From an uncultured Bacteroidales bacterium (GTDB taxonomy: Bacteria > Bacteroidota > Bacteroidia > Bacteroidales > UBA932), in NCBI GenBank assembly GCA_900319975.1, contig ONQP01000003.1, forward strand, positions 13,257 to 77,256: a stretch of 64,000 bases of DNA, in the 5' to 3' direction. This document shows, piece by piece, positions 19,468 to 28,915 of the stretch (position 1 is its first letter; every line of letters begins with the position of its first letter). Position numbers and translations under genes: made by a program. The notes under the pieces were generated by a model. That model saw only the letters and a list, made by a program, of their open reading frames with translations, was not told where the DNA came from and made no database searches.

Positions 19468-20157
19468 TTAGCGCAGCGTGAAGATCACAGGGAACTGATA
19501 GGTGACCTTGACGGCGCGGTCGCGCTGTCTGCCCGGAGTCCACTTCGGGGAGCTCTGGACGACGCGGATAGCCTCTTTGTCAATGGACGGGTCGACGCCG
19601 CGGAGGAGCTTGACGTTGGCGACCTTGCCGTCCGGCATCACGGTGAATTCGATCATCACACGGCCGGAAACGCCATTCTCCTTGGCAATCTCAGGGTACT
19701 CAAGGTGCTGAGACACCCAGGTGGAGAAGGTCTTGGCGTCACCGCCCTGGAACTTGGGCTTCTCCTCGACGAGGGCGAAAGGAATGGCTTCCTCTTCGAC
19801 GACCTCTTCCTGAACGTTCTCGACGTAGTCCATGATCTCGACACCAAGGTTGGCGTCGTCCTCGAGGTTGAGGATGTTGTCATCGACCTTGATGTTGTCG
19901 TCGACGATGTCGATCTGGTCGGAAAGGACAGGCATCTTCGGCGTCTCGGGGGGCGGCGGAGGGGTATCCTGGATAATCGGAATGATCTCTTCCTCAATGA
20001 GGGCTGTGTCGTCGGCACTGAGCGCCGCCTCTTTCTTCTCCGTGGTCTTGTGCTCGAAGGCGAAGATCGTCACGAGAAGGGCGAGGACCAAACCGACCTC
20101 AACGAACAGCAGTTTTTTGTTGTTCAGATCAGCCTTGGGTGTTTTCTTGACTTCCAT
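19468..20157 (-). CDS. tonB: Energy transducer TonB
   Basis: N-terminal TM helix, PPPPP linker, YPEIAKENGVSGRV and WTPG C-terminal domain. Confidence 0.95.
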   Translation of the reverse strand: MEVKKTPKADLNNKKLLFVEVGLVLALLVTIFAFEHKTTEKKEAALSADDTALIEEEIIPIIQDTPPPPPETPKMPVLSDQIDIVDDNIKVDDNILNLEDDANLGVEIMDYVENVQEEVVEEEAIPFALVEEKPKFQGGDAKTFSTWVSQHLEYPEIAKENGVSGRVMIEFTVMPDGKVANVKLLRGVDPSIDKEAIRVVQSSPKWTPGRQRDRAVKVTYQFPVIFTLR

Positions 20158-20191
20158 ATTTGTGGTTACATTAAATAATCCATTCGAGTCT

Positions 20192-20249
20192 CAAAGATAG
20201 AAATATTTCTTTTCAAAACCAATTTTTTCATATAATAGATGTAAATTTG
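20192..20249. promoter_or_regulatory. Divergent -7 promoter elements for tonB (minus) and ybeY-mnmG (plus)
   Basis: TATCTTTG (minus, 20192-20199) and TAAATTTG (plus, 20242-20249). Confidence 0.65.
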
Positions 20250-20267
20250 CCGAAAAGAAACGTCAAT

Positions 20268-20687
20268 ATGATACGCTATTTCCAGGAGGATATCCGCTTC
20301 GACCTGAAGCAGAAAATGCTGAACAACCGGTGGCTCAAAATGGTCGCCGGCAGCGAGATGCGCCGTCTCGGCGCCATCAACATCATCTTCTGCTCAGACC
20401 GCTATATCCTGGATGTCAACATGAAATACCTGCAGCACGACTACTTCACGGACATCATCACCTTCGACTATTGCGAGAAGGATATCCTGTCAGGCGACCT
20501 GTTCATCAGCATCGACTCGGTGCGCGAGAACGCGCTCTTCTACGGGACGGAGTTCGAGAACGAACTCAACCGGGTGATGGTGCACGGCCTGCTCCACCTG
20601 ATCGGCTATGACGACCACACGGAGGAGGACATCGCCGTGATGCGCCAGAAGGAGAACTACTATCTGGAGATGAAAGCCGCGCTGTGA
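20268..20687 (+). CDS. ybeY: rRNA maturation endoribonuclease YbeY
   Basis: [24 protein letters not shown] zinc motif. Confidence 0.97.
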   Translation: MIRYFQEDIRFDLKQKMLNNRWLKMVAGSEMRRLGAINIIFCSDRYILDVNMKYLQHDYFTDIITFDYCEKDILSGDLFISIDSVRENALFYGTEFENELNRVMVHGLLHLIGYDDHTEEDIAVMRQKENYYLEMKAAL

Positions 20688-22549
20688 TGGAGAAGGTCTA
20701 TGACATCATCGTCGTAGGGGGCGGGCATGCCGGCTGCGAGGCCGCGATGGCCGCCGCCACCCTCGGCTCGTCCGTCCTGCTCGTGACGATGGACATGCTC
20801 GGCTTCGCCAAGATGTCCTGCAACCCGGCGGTGGGCGGCATTGCCAAGGGACAGATCGTCCGGGAGATCGACGCGCTCGGCGGATGGACCGGCGTGGTCA
20901 CCGACCGGTCGACCCTCCAGTTCCGGATGCTCAACCGCTCGAAGGGGCCTGCGATGTGGAGTCCGCGCGCCCAATGCGATAAAATCCAGTTTTCGCTGCA
21001 TTGGCGCGAAATCCTCGAAAGTGCCTGTAAATTAGATATTTACGCGGATTCAGCGACCTCTTTTCTCTTTGAGAATTCAAAAATCTGCGGCGTCCGTACG
21101 AATACGGGGGCAATTTTCAAGTCTCGGGCGGTTATCCTGACCGCCGGGACCTTCCTGACGGGCAAGCTTTTCATCGGCCGCCACCAGATGGAGGGAGGCC
21201 GCATCGGCGAGCCGGCGTCTTACGGACTGACCGAGCAGCTCGTCGAGCACGGGCTGACGACCGACCGGATGAAGACGGGGACGCCTCCCCGGATCGACAT
21301 CTCCTCGGTCGACACGTCCAAGCTTCCGATCCAGCTCGGCGACCCCGACCCGGCGCGCTTCTCCTTCCTGCCCGAGCCTTCGGCTGTGCAGGACGGCCGC
21401 GCCCCGCAGATGCCGTGTTTCATCCTTCATACGAACGAGAAGGTGCACGACACCCTGCGGACCGGCTTCGGCGACTCGCCGCTCTTCACCGGCCTGATCC
21501 ATGGCAGGGGACCGCGCTACTGTCCGAGCATCGAGGACAAGCTGCGCGTCTTCCCGGACAACCCGGCGCACCAGCTCTTCCTGGAGCCGGAGGGTCGCCA
21601 TACCAACGAATACTATCTTCAGGGATTCTCTTCCTCGCTCCCGCTGCAGGTACAGCTGGATGCCCTGCACGCCATCGAGGGCCTGGAGAACGTCAAGATA
21701 TTCCGGCCGGCTTACGCCGTCGAATATGACTTCTTCGACCCGACGCAGCTGCGTCCGACCCTCGAGTCCCGCCTCGTCGAGAACCTCTTCCTGGCGGGCC
21801 AGGTCAACGGAACGACCGGCTACGAGGAAGCCGCGGCGCAGGGAATCGTAGCAGGCATCAACGCCCACCGGAAGGTGGTCGAGAAGGATCCGCTCATCCT
21901 GCGGCGCGACCAGTCCTATATCGGCGTGCTGATCGACGACCTCGTGACGAAGGGCGTCGACGAGCCGTACCGGATGTTCACGTCGCGCGCGGAATACCGC
22001 ATCCTGCTGCGTCAGGACAATGCGGACCAGCGCCTGACGCCGCTCGCGCACGAGCTGGGCCTCGCCAGCGAGGCGCGCTACGCGGCGGTGATGGAGAAAT
22101 ATGCCCGCGTGGAGGAGCTGAAATCCTATTGCGAATCCAAGAACCTGACCGCCAAGCAGGCGAATCCTTACCTGGAATCCGTGGGCTCCAGCCCGATTTC
22201 GGAGTCCAAGAAGATCGCCGATCTGGCTACGCGTCCAGAGGTAAAGCTTGAGGAACTTTTGAAGATTGTTCCACGTGGAACTTATCAACAGGAGGTTGTT
22301 GAAAGCGTGGAAATCTCTCTTCGATACAAAGGATACATCGATCGCGAGCTGCTGATGGCGGAGAAAATCCGCCGCCTGGAGGATCTCAAGATTCCGGAGA
22401 ATTTCGACTTCGAGCGGGTCGCGGGATTGACGATCGAGTGTCGGCAGAAGCTGAAAAAATATCGTCCGCTGACGATTGCCCAGGCTTCTCGCATCTCTGG
22501 GGTCTCGCCAGCGGACATATCCGTGCTGCTCGTTTATTTCGGGCGCTGA
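20687..22549 (+). CDS. mnmG: tRNA uridine-5-carboxymethylaminomethyl synthesis enzyme MnmG (GidA)
   Basis: [65 protein letters not shown]. Confidence 0.98.
   Translation: MEKVYDIIVVGGGHAGCEAAMAAATLGSSVLLVTMDMLGFAKMSCNPAVGGIAKGQIVREIDALGGWTGVVTDRSTLQFRMLNRSKGPAMWSPRAQCDKIQFSLHWREILESACKLDIYADSATSFLFENSKICGVRTNTGAIFKSRAVILTAGTFLTGKLFIGRHQMEGGRIGEPASYGLTEQLVEHGLTTDRMKTGTPPRIDISSVDTSKLPIQLGDPDPARFSFLPEPSAVQDGRAPQMPCFILHTNEKVHDTLRTGFGDSPLFTGLIHGRGPRYCPSIEDKLRVFPDNPAHQLFLEPEGRHTNEYYLQGFSSSLPLQVQLDALHAIEGLENVKIFRPAYAVEYDFFDPTQLRPTLESRLVENLFLAGQVNGTTGYEEAAAQGIVAGINAHRKVVEKDPLILRRDQSYIGVLIDDLVTKGVDEPYRMFTSRAEYRILLRQDNADQRLTPLAHELGLASEARYAAVMEKYARVEELKSYCESKNLTAKQANPYLESVGSSPISESKKIADLATRPEVKLEELLKIVPRGTYQQEVVESVEISLRYKGYIDRELLMAEKIRRLEDLKIPENFDFERVAGLTIECRQKLKKYRPLTIAQASRISGVSPADISVLLVYFGR
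22267..22282. promoter_or_regulatory. parS centromere-like site inside mnmG
   Basis: TGTTCCACGTGGAACT, 15/16 match to the palindrome TGTTCCACGTGGAACA, in a locally AT-richer patch. Confidence 0.8.
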
Positions 22550-22557
22550 ATCTCGCT

Positions 22558-23151
22558 CTAGAGCCGCTGCAAGGCGGCTTTTATGATTTCTTCCACCGAA
22601 GCGGAAGGGTTCTGCTTGAGGATGGCCTGGATGGCCTTGGCGATGTTCGGCTTGGAGAAACCGAGCATCTGGAGCGCCGTGGAAGCCTCTTCGGCCGCAG
22701 CGCCGGAGTCGGTCTTGAACAGCATTTCCGTGCTGGCGCCGTCGCCCTTGACGATCTTGTCCTTGAGCTCGAGGATCATACGCTGCGCCGTCTTGAGTCC
22801 GATGCCCTTAACGCCCTTGAGGCGGTTGACGTCCTCGCCGAGGATGGCGTTGCGCAGCTCGTCCGGCGAGAGGGAGGAGAGGACCATGCGCGCCGAAGCG
22901 GCGCCCATCCCGGACACGCTCGTGATCTGCCGGAACAGGTCGCGCTCCGCCGGCGTGGCGAAACCGTAGTCTACGGTGATGCCGTCGCGCGGGTTGATCT
23001 GGCTTTGCATGTAGAGCGTGGCCTCCGATTTGCCGTTGAGCGCGTCGTAGGTCTGCAGGGAGATTTCGGCGGCGTAGCCGATGCCCTGATTGTCAATGAC
23101 AGCCATCGTGGGAGTCAGTGTGACAAGCTTTCCTGAGATGTAATCTATCAT
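22558..23151 (-). CDS. ruvA: Holliday junction branch migration protein RuvA
   Basis: MIDYISG, GIGY, VSGMG, GVKGIGLKTAQR HhH motifs, ALQMLGF. Confidence 0.97.
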   Translation of the reverse strand: MIDYISGKLVTLTPTMAVIDNQGIGYAAEISLQTYDALNGKSEATLYMQSQINPRDGITVDYGFATPAERDLFRQITSVSGMGAASARMVLSSLSPDELRNAILGEDVNRLKGVKGIGLKTAQRMILELKDKIVKGDGASTEMLFKTDSGAAAEEASTALQMLGFSKPNIAKAIQAILKQNPSASVEEIIKAALQRL

Positions 23152-23155
23152 ATCA

Positions 23156-23176
23156 CAAAAATAATGTTTATTTTTG
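23156..23176. promoter_or_regulatory. Back-to-back -7 elements for ruvA (minus) and the sufS operon (plus)
   Basis: TATTTTTG on each strand (23156-23163 minus, 23169-23176 plus) in a 34-nt intergenic gap. Confidence 0.65.
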
Positions 23177-23185
23177 CATTTCTCT

Positions 23186-24415
23186 ATGATGCAAGTCGAA
23201 AATATACGTCAGGAATTCCCCGCCCTCGCGGAGTCCGTCTATGGCAAACCGCTTGTCTATCTGGACAATGCGGCCACGTCCGAACGGCCCCGCAGCGTCA
23301 TCCGCAAGTGGACGGAGATGTCCGAAAAATACAACGCCAACCTGCACCGCGCCGTCCATCGGACCGCGGCGCTGGCCACGGAAGAATACGAAGCCACGCG
23401 GGATGCCGTGCGGGCTTATCTCAACGCTGAGTTCCGCGAGGAAATCATCTTCACGGCCGGCACCACGGCGTCCATCAACCTCGTCGCGTTCAGCTTCGGG
23501 GAGGCCTTCGTGCGCGCGGGCGACGAGATCCTGGTCTGCGAGTCGGAGCACCATTCCGACATCGTGCCCTGGCAGCTCCTCTGCGGGCGCAAGGGCGCGA
23601 CGCTCAAGGTGCTGCCCGTGGATGATTCCGGACACCTCCGCCTGGACCTGCTGCCGGAGCTGCTGACGCCGCGGACGCGGCTGGCGTGCGTGGCGCACGT
23701 TTCCAACGTCCTGGGCCTCGTAAACCCCGTTAAGGAGATTGTAAATATTTGTCACTCAAATAGTTGCGCCGTTCTGGTGGATGGCGCGCAGGGGATTGTC
23801 CACCAGCGCGTGGACGTCCGCGACCTGGGGTGCGATTTCTACGCTTTCTCCGGCCACAAGGTGTACGCCGCCCCCGGGACGGGCGTGCTTTACGGCCGCC
23901 GCGAGCTGCTGGAGCAGATGCCGCCTTATATGGGCGGCGGCGAGATGATCGGGACGGTCCGCTGGACCGGCACGACCTGGGCGCCGCTGCCGCAGAAGTT
24001 CGAGGCGGGCACGCAGAACATCGCCGGCACGCCGACGCTCCGGCCTGCGCTGGAGATGGCGGAGGCGATGCGCGATCCGGCCGTCGAAGCGGAGCAGGAA
24101 CGAATTAAAACGTTTATGCTGAACGAGTTGCAGCGCGACGCGCGGATCCGTCTCTATGGCATTCCGGCTGCGCCGGAGGAGAAGATTCCCCTCTTTTCGT
24201 TCTCCGTGGAACATTCCCACCACGAGGACCTGGCGCTGATCCTGGACAAGATGGGAATCGCCGTCCGCTCCGGCCAGATGTGCGCGGAGCCGTTGATGGA
24301 CCGCTTCGGCGTGACGGGGATGGTGCGGGTGTCGTTCGCCCCGTACAACACCCTCCGCGAGGCGGAATATTTCATGAAATCGCTCGACAGGGCGATCAAA
24401 ATGCTGGAAGGATGA
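23186..24415 (+). CDS. sufS: Cysteine desulfurase, SufS family
   Basis: YLDNAATS, EHHS, DGAQ, FSGHK (PLP lysine), FEAGT, RSGQMCA (catalytic Cys). Confidence 0.95.
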   Translation: MMQVENIRQEFPALAESVYGKPLVYLDNAATSERPRSVIRKWTEMSEKYNANLHRAVHRTAALATEEYEATRDAVRAYLNAEFREEIIFTAGTTASINLVAFSFGEAFVRAGDEILVCESEHHSDIVPWQLLCGRKGATLKVLPVDDSGHLRLDLLPELLTPRTRLACVAHVSNVLGLVNPVKEIVNICHSNSCAVLVDGAQGIVHQRVDVRDLGCDFYAFSGHKVYAAPGTGVLYGRRELLEQMPPYMGGGEMIGTVRWTGTTWAPLPQKFEAGTQNIAGTPTLRPALEMAEAMRDPAVEAEQERIKTFMLNELQRDARIRLYGIPAAPEEKIPLFSFSVEHSHHEDLALILDKMGIAVRSGQMCAEPLMDRFGVTGMVRVSFAPYNTLREAEYFMKSLDRAIKMLEG

Positions 24416-24825
24416 AATCATTGCAAGAAGTACAGGCCGAAGTCGTCGACGATTTCTCGATGTACGACGAATGGCTGGACAAGTATGAATATCTGATCGA
24501 CCTGGGACATCGCCTGGAGGCGTTCCCGGAGGAGCTGAAGACCGAGGACCGCCTCATCAAGGGCTGCCAGTCGCGCGTGTGGCTGGACGCCACGGTGGAG
24601 GACGGGAAGCTATATTTCCGCGCCGACAGCGACGCCATCATCACCAAGGGAATCATCTCCCTGCTGATCGGCGTCTATTCCGGCCGGACCGCCCGCGAGA
24701 TCGCGGACGACGATTTCTCGTTCGTGGACCGGCTCGGCCTGCGCGAGAACCTGTCTCCGACGCGCGCCAACGGCCTCGCCTCGATGATCGCCACGATCCG
24801 TCAGATGGCACAAAATCACGTGTAG
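24412..24825 (+). CDS. sufE: Sulfur acceptor SufE
   Basis: IKGCQSRVW, DSDAIITKG, LSPTRANGL; ATGA overlap with sufS. Confidence 0.95.
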   Translation: MKSLQEVQAEVVDDFSMYDEWLDKYEYLIDLGHRLEAFPEELKTEDRLIKGCQSRVWLDATVEDGKLYFRADSDAIITKGIISLLIGVYSGRTAREIADDDFSFVDRLGLRENLSPTRANGLASMIATIRQMAQNHV

Positions 24826-24826
24826 A

Positions 24827-25183
24827 ATGGCACAGGAAGAAGTTTTGACCCCGCAGGACGTGAAGGAGCTGGCGCCGCTTTATGAAGACGTGGTGCTGGC
24901 CCTCAAGCAAGTCTATGACCCGGAAATTCCGGTCAATATCTATGATCTCGGACTGATCTACGAGCTGCACATCAACAAGGACCACGATGTCTCCATCCAG
25001 ATGACCTTCACGGCCCCGAACTGCCCGATGGCGGACGAAGTCCTGGCCGAGGTGCAGCGCAGCGTCGAGGACGTCCCCGGCATCAAGAGCTGCACGATCG
25101 ACCTCGTCTTCGAGCCGGTCTGGGACCAGAGCATGCTCTCCGACGAGGCCCGCGTGGCCCTCGGCTGGGATCCCGAATTCTAA
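24827..25183 (+). CDS. DUF59 / SufT-like Fe-S cluster assembly factor
   Basis: VYDPEIPVNIYDLGLIY, TAPNCP, FEP.W. Confidence 0.92.
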   Translation: MAQEEVLTPQDVKELAPLYEDVVLALKQVYDPEIPVNIYDLGLIYELHINKDHDVSIQMTFTAPNCPMADEVLAEVQRSVEDVPGIKSCTIDLVFEPVWDQSMLSDEARVALGWDPEF

Positions 25184-25192
25184 GCGCAAGCG

Positions 25193-25627
25193 ATGAAGCC
25201 CGTCGACGTATACTTTTCCCTCGGTTCCAACCAGGGCGACCGGCAGGCGATGCTGGACGAGGCGCTGCGCCGCCTGGACGCCGCCATCGGGCGGCCCCGC
25301 ACGGCCCTTTCCTCCGTCATCGAGACGCCCGCCTGGGGCTTCGACGGCCCGGCTTTCCTGAACTGCGTCGTCCGCTACCGCACCGCCCGGCAGCCGCACA
25401 CGCTGCTGCGCATCTGCAAGCGCATCGAGCGGGCGATGGGGCGCCGCGAGACGCTGGAATACGACGCCGAAGGCCGCCGGATCTATCACGACAGGCCCAT
25501 CGACATCGACATCCTGCTCTACGGCGACGAGCGCGTGGACACCCCGGATCTGCAGATTCCGCACCCGCTGATGCGGCAGCGGGACTTCATTATGCGGCCC
25601 CTGAATGAGATTTTTGCGCAGAAATGA
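25193..25627 (+). CDS. folK: 2-amino-4-hydroxy-6-hydroxymethyldihydropteridine diphosphokinase
   Basis: SLGSNQG, FLNCV, RPIDIDIL, IPHP..R.F. Confidence 0.96.
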   Translation: MKPVDVYFSLGSNQGDRQAMLDEALRRLDAAIGRPRTALSSVIETPAWGFDGPAFLNCVVRYRTARQPHTLLRICKRIERAMGRRETLEYDAEGRRIYHDRPIDIDILLYGDERVDTPDLQIPHPLMRQRDFIMRPLNEIFAQK

Positions 25628-25669
25628 CTATCTTTGTGCGACTTCTGAATAATAGTTAGAAAATAAGAT

Positions 25670-27164
25670 ATGACACAAGACGAACTGTTCAAGGTACTCG
25701 TGGCACATTGCAAGGAGTACGGTTTCATTTTCCCTTCCAGCGAGATCTATGACGGCCTGGCCGCCGTCTACGACTACGGCCAGATGGGCGTCGAGCTGAA
25801 GAACAACATCAAGCAGTACTGGTGGAACGCGATGACCCGCCTCAATGAGAACATCGTGGGCATCGATTCCTGCATCTTCATGCATCCCCGCATCTGGGAG
25901 GCCTCCGGCCACGTGGGCGCCTTCAACGACCCCCTTGATCGAGGATTTCCTCGGCAAGATCGAGGAGAAGATCAACAAAGAGGTGGAGAAAGGCCGCAAG
26001 AAATTCGGCGAGAGCTTCGACGAGGCGCAGTTCCGCGCCACCAATCCCAACGTCCTGCGCGAGCAGGCCAAGTGGGATGAGGTCCACAACCGCTACGTGG
26101 CCGCCGAGAAGGCTTCCGACTTCGCGGAATACCGCCAGATCATCATCGACAACAATATTGTGTGCCCGATCAGCGGCACCTGCAACTGGACCGACGTCCG
26201 TCAGTTCAACCTGATGTTCAGCACCTCGATGGGCAGCACCGCCGACGGCGCCAACACCATCTACCTGCGTCCGGAGACGGCCCAGGGCATCTTCGTGAAC
26301 TACCTGAACGTCCAGAAGACCGGCCGCATGAAGATTCCTTTCGGCATCGCCCAGATCGGCAAGGCCTTCCGCAACGAGATCGTCGCCCGCCAGTTCATCT
26401 TCCGCATGCGCGAATTCGAGCAGATGGAGATGCAGTTCTTCATCAAGCCGGGCACCGAGCTCGACTGGTTCAAGAAGTGGAAGGAGAACCGCATGAAATG
26501 GCACGTCAACATCGGCATGGGCGCCGAGAACTACCGCTTCCACGACCACGAGAAGCTGGCCCACTACGCCAACGCCGCCACCGACATCGAATTCAACTTC
26601 CCCTTCGGCTTCAAGGAGCTCGAGGGTATCCACAGCCGCACCAACTTCGACCTGGGCAACCACCAGAAGTTCTCCGGCAAGAAGATCGAGTACTTCGATC
26701 CTGAAGAGAACGCCTCCTACACCCCGTTCGTGGTGGAGACGTCCATCGGCGTGGACCGTATGGTCCTCGCGGTCCTGTCCCACTCCTTCCACGAGGAGAA
26801 GCTGGAAAACGGCGAGACCCGCGTCGTGCTGAGCATCCCCGCTCCGCTCGCTCCGGTCAAGGCCGCGGTCCTGCCGCTCGTCAAGAAGGACGGCCTGCCT
26901 GAGCTCGCCCAGGAGGTGATGGACCTGCTCAAATACGATTTCAACTGCCAGTACGAGGAGAAAGACAGCATCGGCAAGCGCTACCGCCGCCAGGATGCCA
27001 TCGGCACCCCGTTCTGCATCACCGTCGACCACGAGTCGCTCAACGACCGCTGCGTCACCGTGCGCGACCGCGACACGATGGAGCAGACGCGCGTCCCCAT
27101 CGCGGAGCTGCGCGCCATGATCGACGCCAAGGTCAACCTGAATAACCTTCTCCGCAACCTGTAA
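25670..27164 (+). CDS. glyQS: Glycine--tRNA ligase (alpha2 type), with apparent deletion/frameshift near 25935 (probably artefact)
   Basis: SEIYDGL..YDYG and WEASGH in one frame; YLRPETAQG, GKAFRNE, FRMREFEQME and SIGKRYRRQD in another. Confidence 0.9.
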
Positions 27165-28177
27165 TGGCGCAGACCTTCACGGAGCTGGGCCGGATCGAGG
27201 CGATCCGCCAACTTTTCGAGGGGACGGGCTTCCGCCCCTTCGAGGAGCCGCTCTGGTTCGAGGCCAAGCCGCAGGAGTGCATCGCAACGGCGTCCGCCCT
27301 GCTGTTGGAGGGCATTGACTTCGACCTGGTGTACTTCCCGCTGCAGCACCTCGGCCGCAAGGCCGTGCTGCGCGCGACGGGCGAGCTTTATGCCGTCCTG
27401 GCGCGCCCGGAGACCCTTTCCGTCCAGCTGGGCGTGTCCGCCAAGCTGGATTTCCCGCAGGTGCAGGAGCTCTGGAGCGGCATCGCGACCGCGGCTAAGG
27501 AGCACGGCTACAAGCGCCTCAGCCTGGAGCTGCAGCCGTCCCGCAACGGCCTGACCGTCGCGCTGTCGGCCACCGGCCGCCACAGCGCCGCCGTCTCGGC
27601 CGCCCGCCCCAAGCCGCAGTCCAAGGACCTCATCTGCGTGTCCGGCGCCCTCGGCGCCGCCTTCCTGGGCCTGCAGGTGCTCGAGCGCGAGCGCCTCAAG
27701 TTCGAGCAGGGCGGCAATGACCCCAAGGTGCTGGAGCAGTACAAGATGCTCGTTGGATCCTATCTGCGGCCCGAACTGGGCGCAGGGACGGTCGCGCAGC
27801 TCGAGGAGAGCGGCGTCACGCCCTCGCAGGGCTATTTCGTGACGCGCGGCCTCGCCGACGCCCTGCTGCGCCTGCGGCGCGACACGGGCCTCGGCGCCAA
27901 GGTCTATGCCGACAAGATCCCCTTCGAGGGCGGCAGTTTCGCCCTCGGCAAGGAGCTCGACCTCGATCCGGTGTCCGCGGCGATGAACGGCGGCGAAGAC
28001 TACCGCCTGCTCTACACCGTGCCCATCGCGCAGTTCGAGCAGTTCCGCAAGGATTTCCAGGCCTTCGACATCATCGGCCACCTGGCGCAGCCCGAGGCGG
28101 GCGCCGTCCTGGTGTCGCCGGACGGCCTGGAGCATCCCGTTTCCGCACAAGGTTGGACATCACTTAATACCGAATAA
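27164..28177 (+). CDS. thiL: ThiL (thiamine-monophosphate kinase)-like protein with degenerate catalytic motifs
   Basis: LLLEG.DFDL.Y.PL.HLG.K, DLICVSG.LGAA, NGGEDY.LL.TVP and AQGW match Bacteroidetes ThiL, but the Asp motifs are absent. Confidence 0.8.
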   Translation: MAQTFTELGRIEAIRQLFEGTGFRPFEEPLWFEAKPQECIATASALLLEGIDFDLVYFPLQHLGRKAVLRATGELYAVLARPETLSVQLGVSAKLDFPQVQELWSGIATAAKEHGYKRLSLELQPSRNGLTVALSATGRHSAAVSAARPKPQSKDLICVSGALGAAFLGLQVLERERLKFEQGGNDPKVLEQYKMLVGSYLRPELGAGTVAQLEESGVTPSQGYFVTRGLADALLRLRRDTGLGAKVYADKIPFEGGSFALGKELDLDPVSAAMNGGEDYRLLYTVPIAQFEQFRKDFQAFDIIGHLAQPEAGAVLVSPDGLEHPVSAQGWTSLNTE

Positions 28178-28180
28178 GTT

Positions 28181-28807
28181 ATGAAAAAGATTGTTGTGAT
28201 TCTCGGTTCGCTGGTGCTGTTTGCATCCGCTGCCAGTGCCCAGAACATCCTGGGCGGCCTCATCAAATCCGTCGCCGGCGAGAAGGCCGGCGAAGCCATC
28301 GGCAACGTCCTTTCGAGCGTCGTAGGCAGCTCGGTCGACCTGGCCGGCAACTGGACCTACGGCGGCGTCGGTGCCGCCGTCAAGAGCGACAACATTCTCA
28401 GTACCGTGGCCGGCAACGCCGCCATCAGCACCATCGAGAGCAAGGCGGACAACATCCTCGCCAAGGCGGGCATCTCCGCGGGCGCTGCCACGTTCTCCTT
28501 CAACCAGGACGGCACCTTCACCTTCAAGGCCGGCCGCCTGCCCGCCATCAGCGGCACGTATGTCCAGAACGGCAGCAACGTGACGATGAAGTTCGGCAAG
28601 GCCCTCTCGCTCCTCCAGCTGGACGGCACCGTGAGCGCCACGACCGACGGCTGCAAGATCCTCTTCAACGGCGAGAAATTCATGACCTTCGCCCAGAAAG
28701 TGATCGAGTACGCCAAGAAGATCTCCACCAGCCAGGGTGTCGCCACCGTCGGCAACCTCCTGTCCACCGCCAAGAGCGTGGACGCCGGTTTCAAGCTTGT
28801 CAGATAG
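28181..28807 (+). CDS. DUF4923-like exported protein
   Basis: Signal peptide; G.W.Y.G, S.N.L...AG and F..DGTF pattern of this Bacteroidetes family. Confidence 0.75.
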   Translation: MKKIVVILGSLVLFASAASAQNILGGLIKSVAGEKAGEAIGNVLSSVVGSSVDLAGNWTYGGVGAAVKSDNILSTVAGNAAISTIESKADNILAKAGISAGAATFSFNQDGTFTFKAGRLPAISGTYVQNGSNVTMKFGKALSLLQLDGTVSATTDGCKILFNGEKFMTFAQKVIEYAKKISTSQGVATVGNLLSTAKSVDAGFKLVR

Positions 28808-28835
28808 GCTTTTCGGCGTCAACGACGAAAGTAAG

Positions 28836-28871
28836 AAAAACGGCTTCCGGTAAGCACCGGAGGCCGTTTTT
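28836..28871. terminator. Bidirectional intrinsic terminator
   Basis: AAAAACGGCTTCCGGT / ACCGGAGGCCGTTTTT. Confidence 0.88.
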
Positions 28872-28915
28872 GATTTTCGCTGTTTTCTGATTCCGAAACG
28901 GAATTTTCCGAATCG

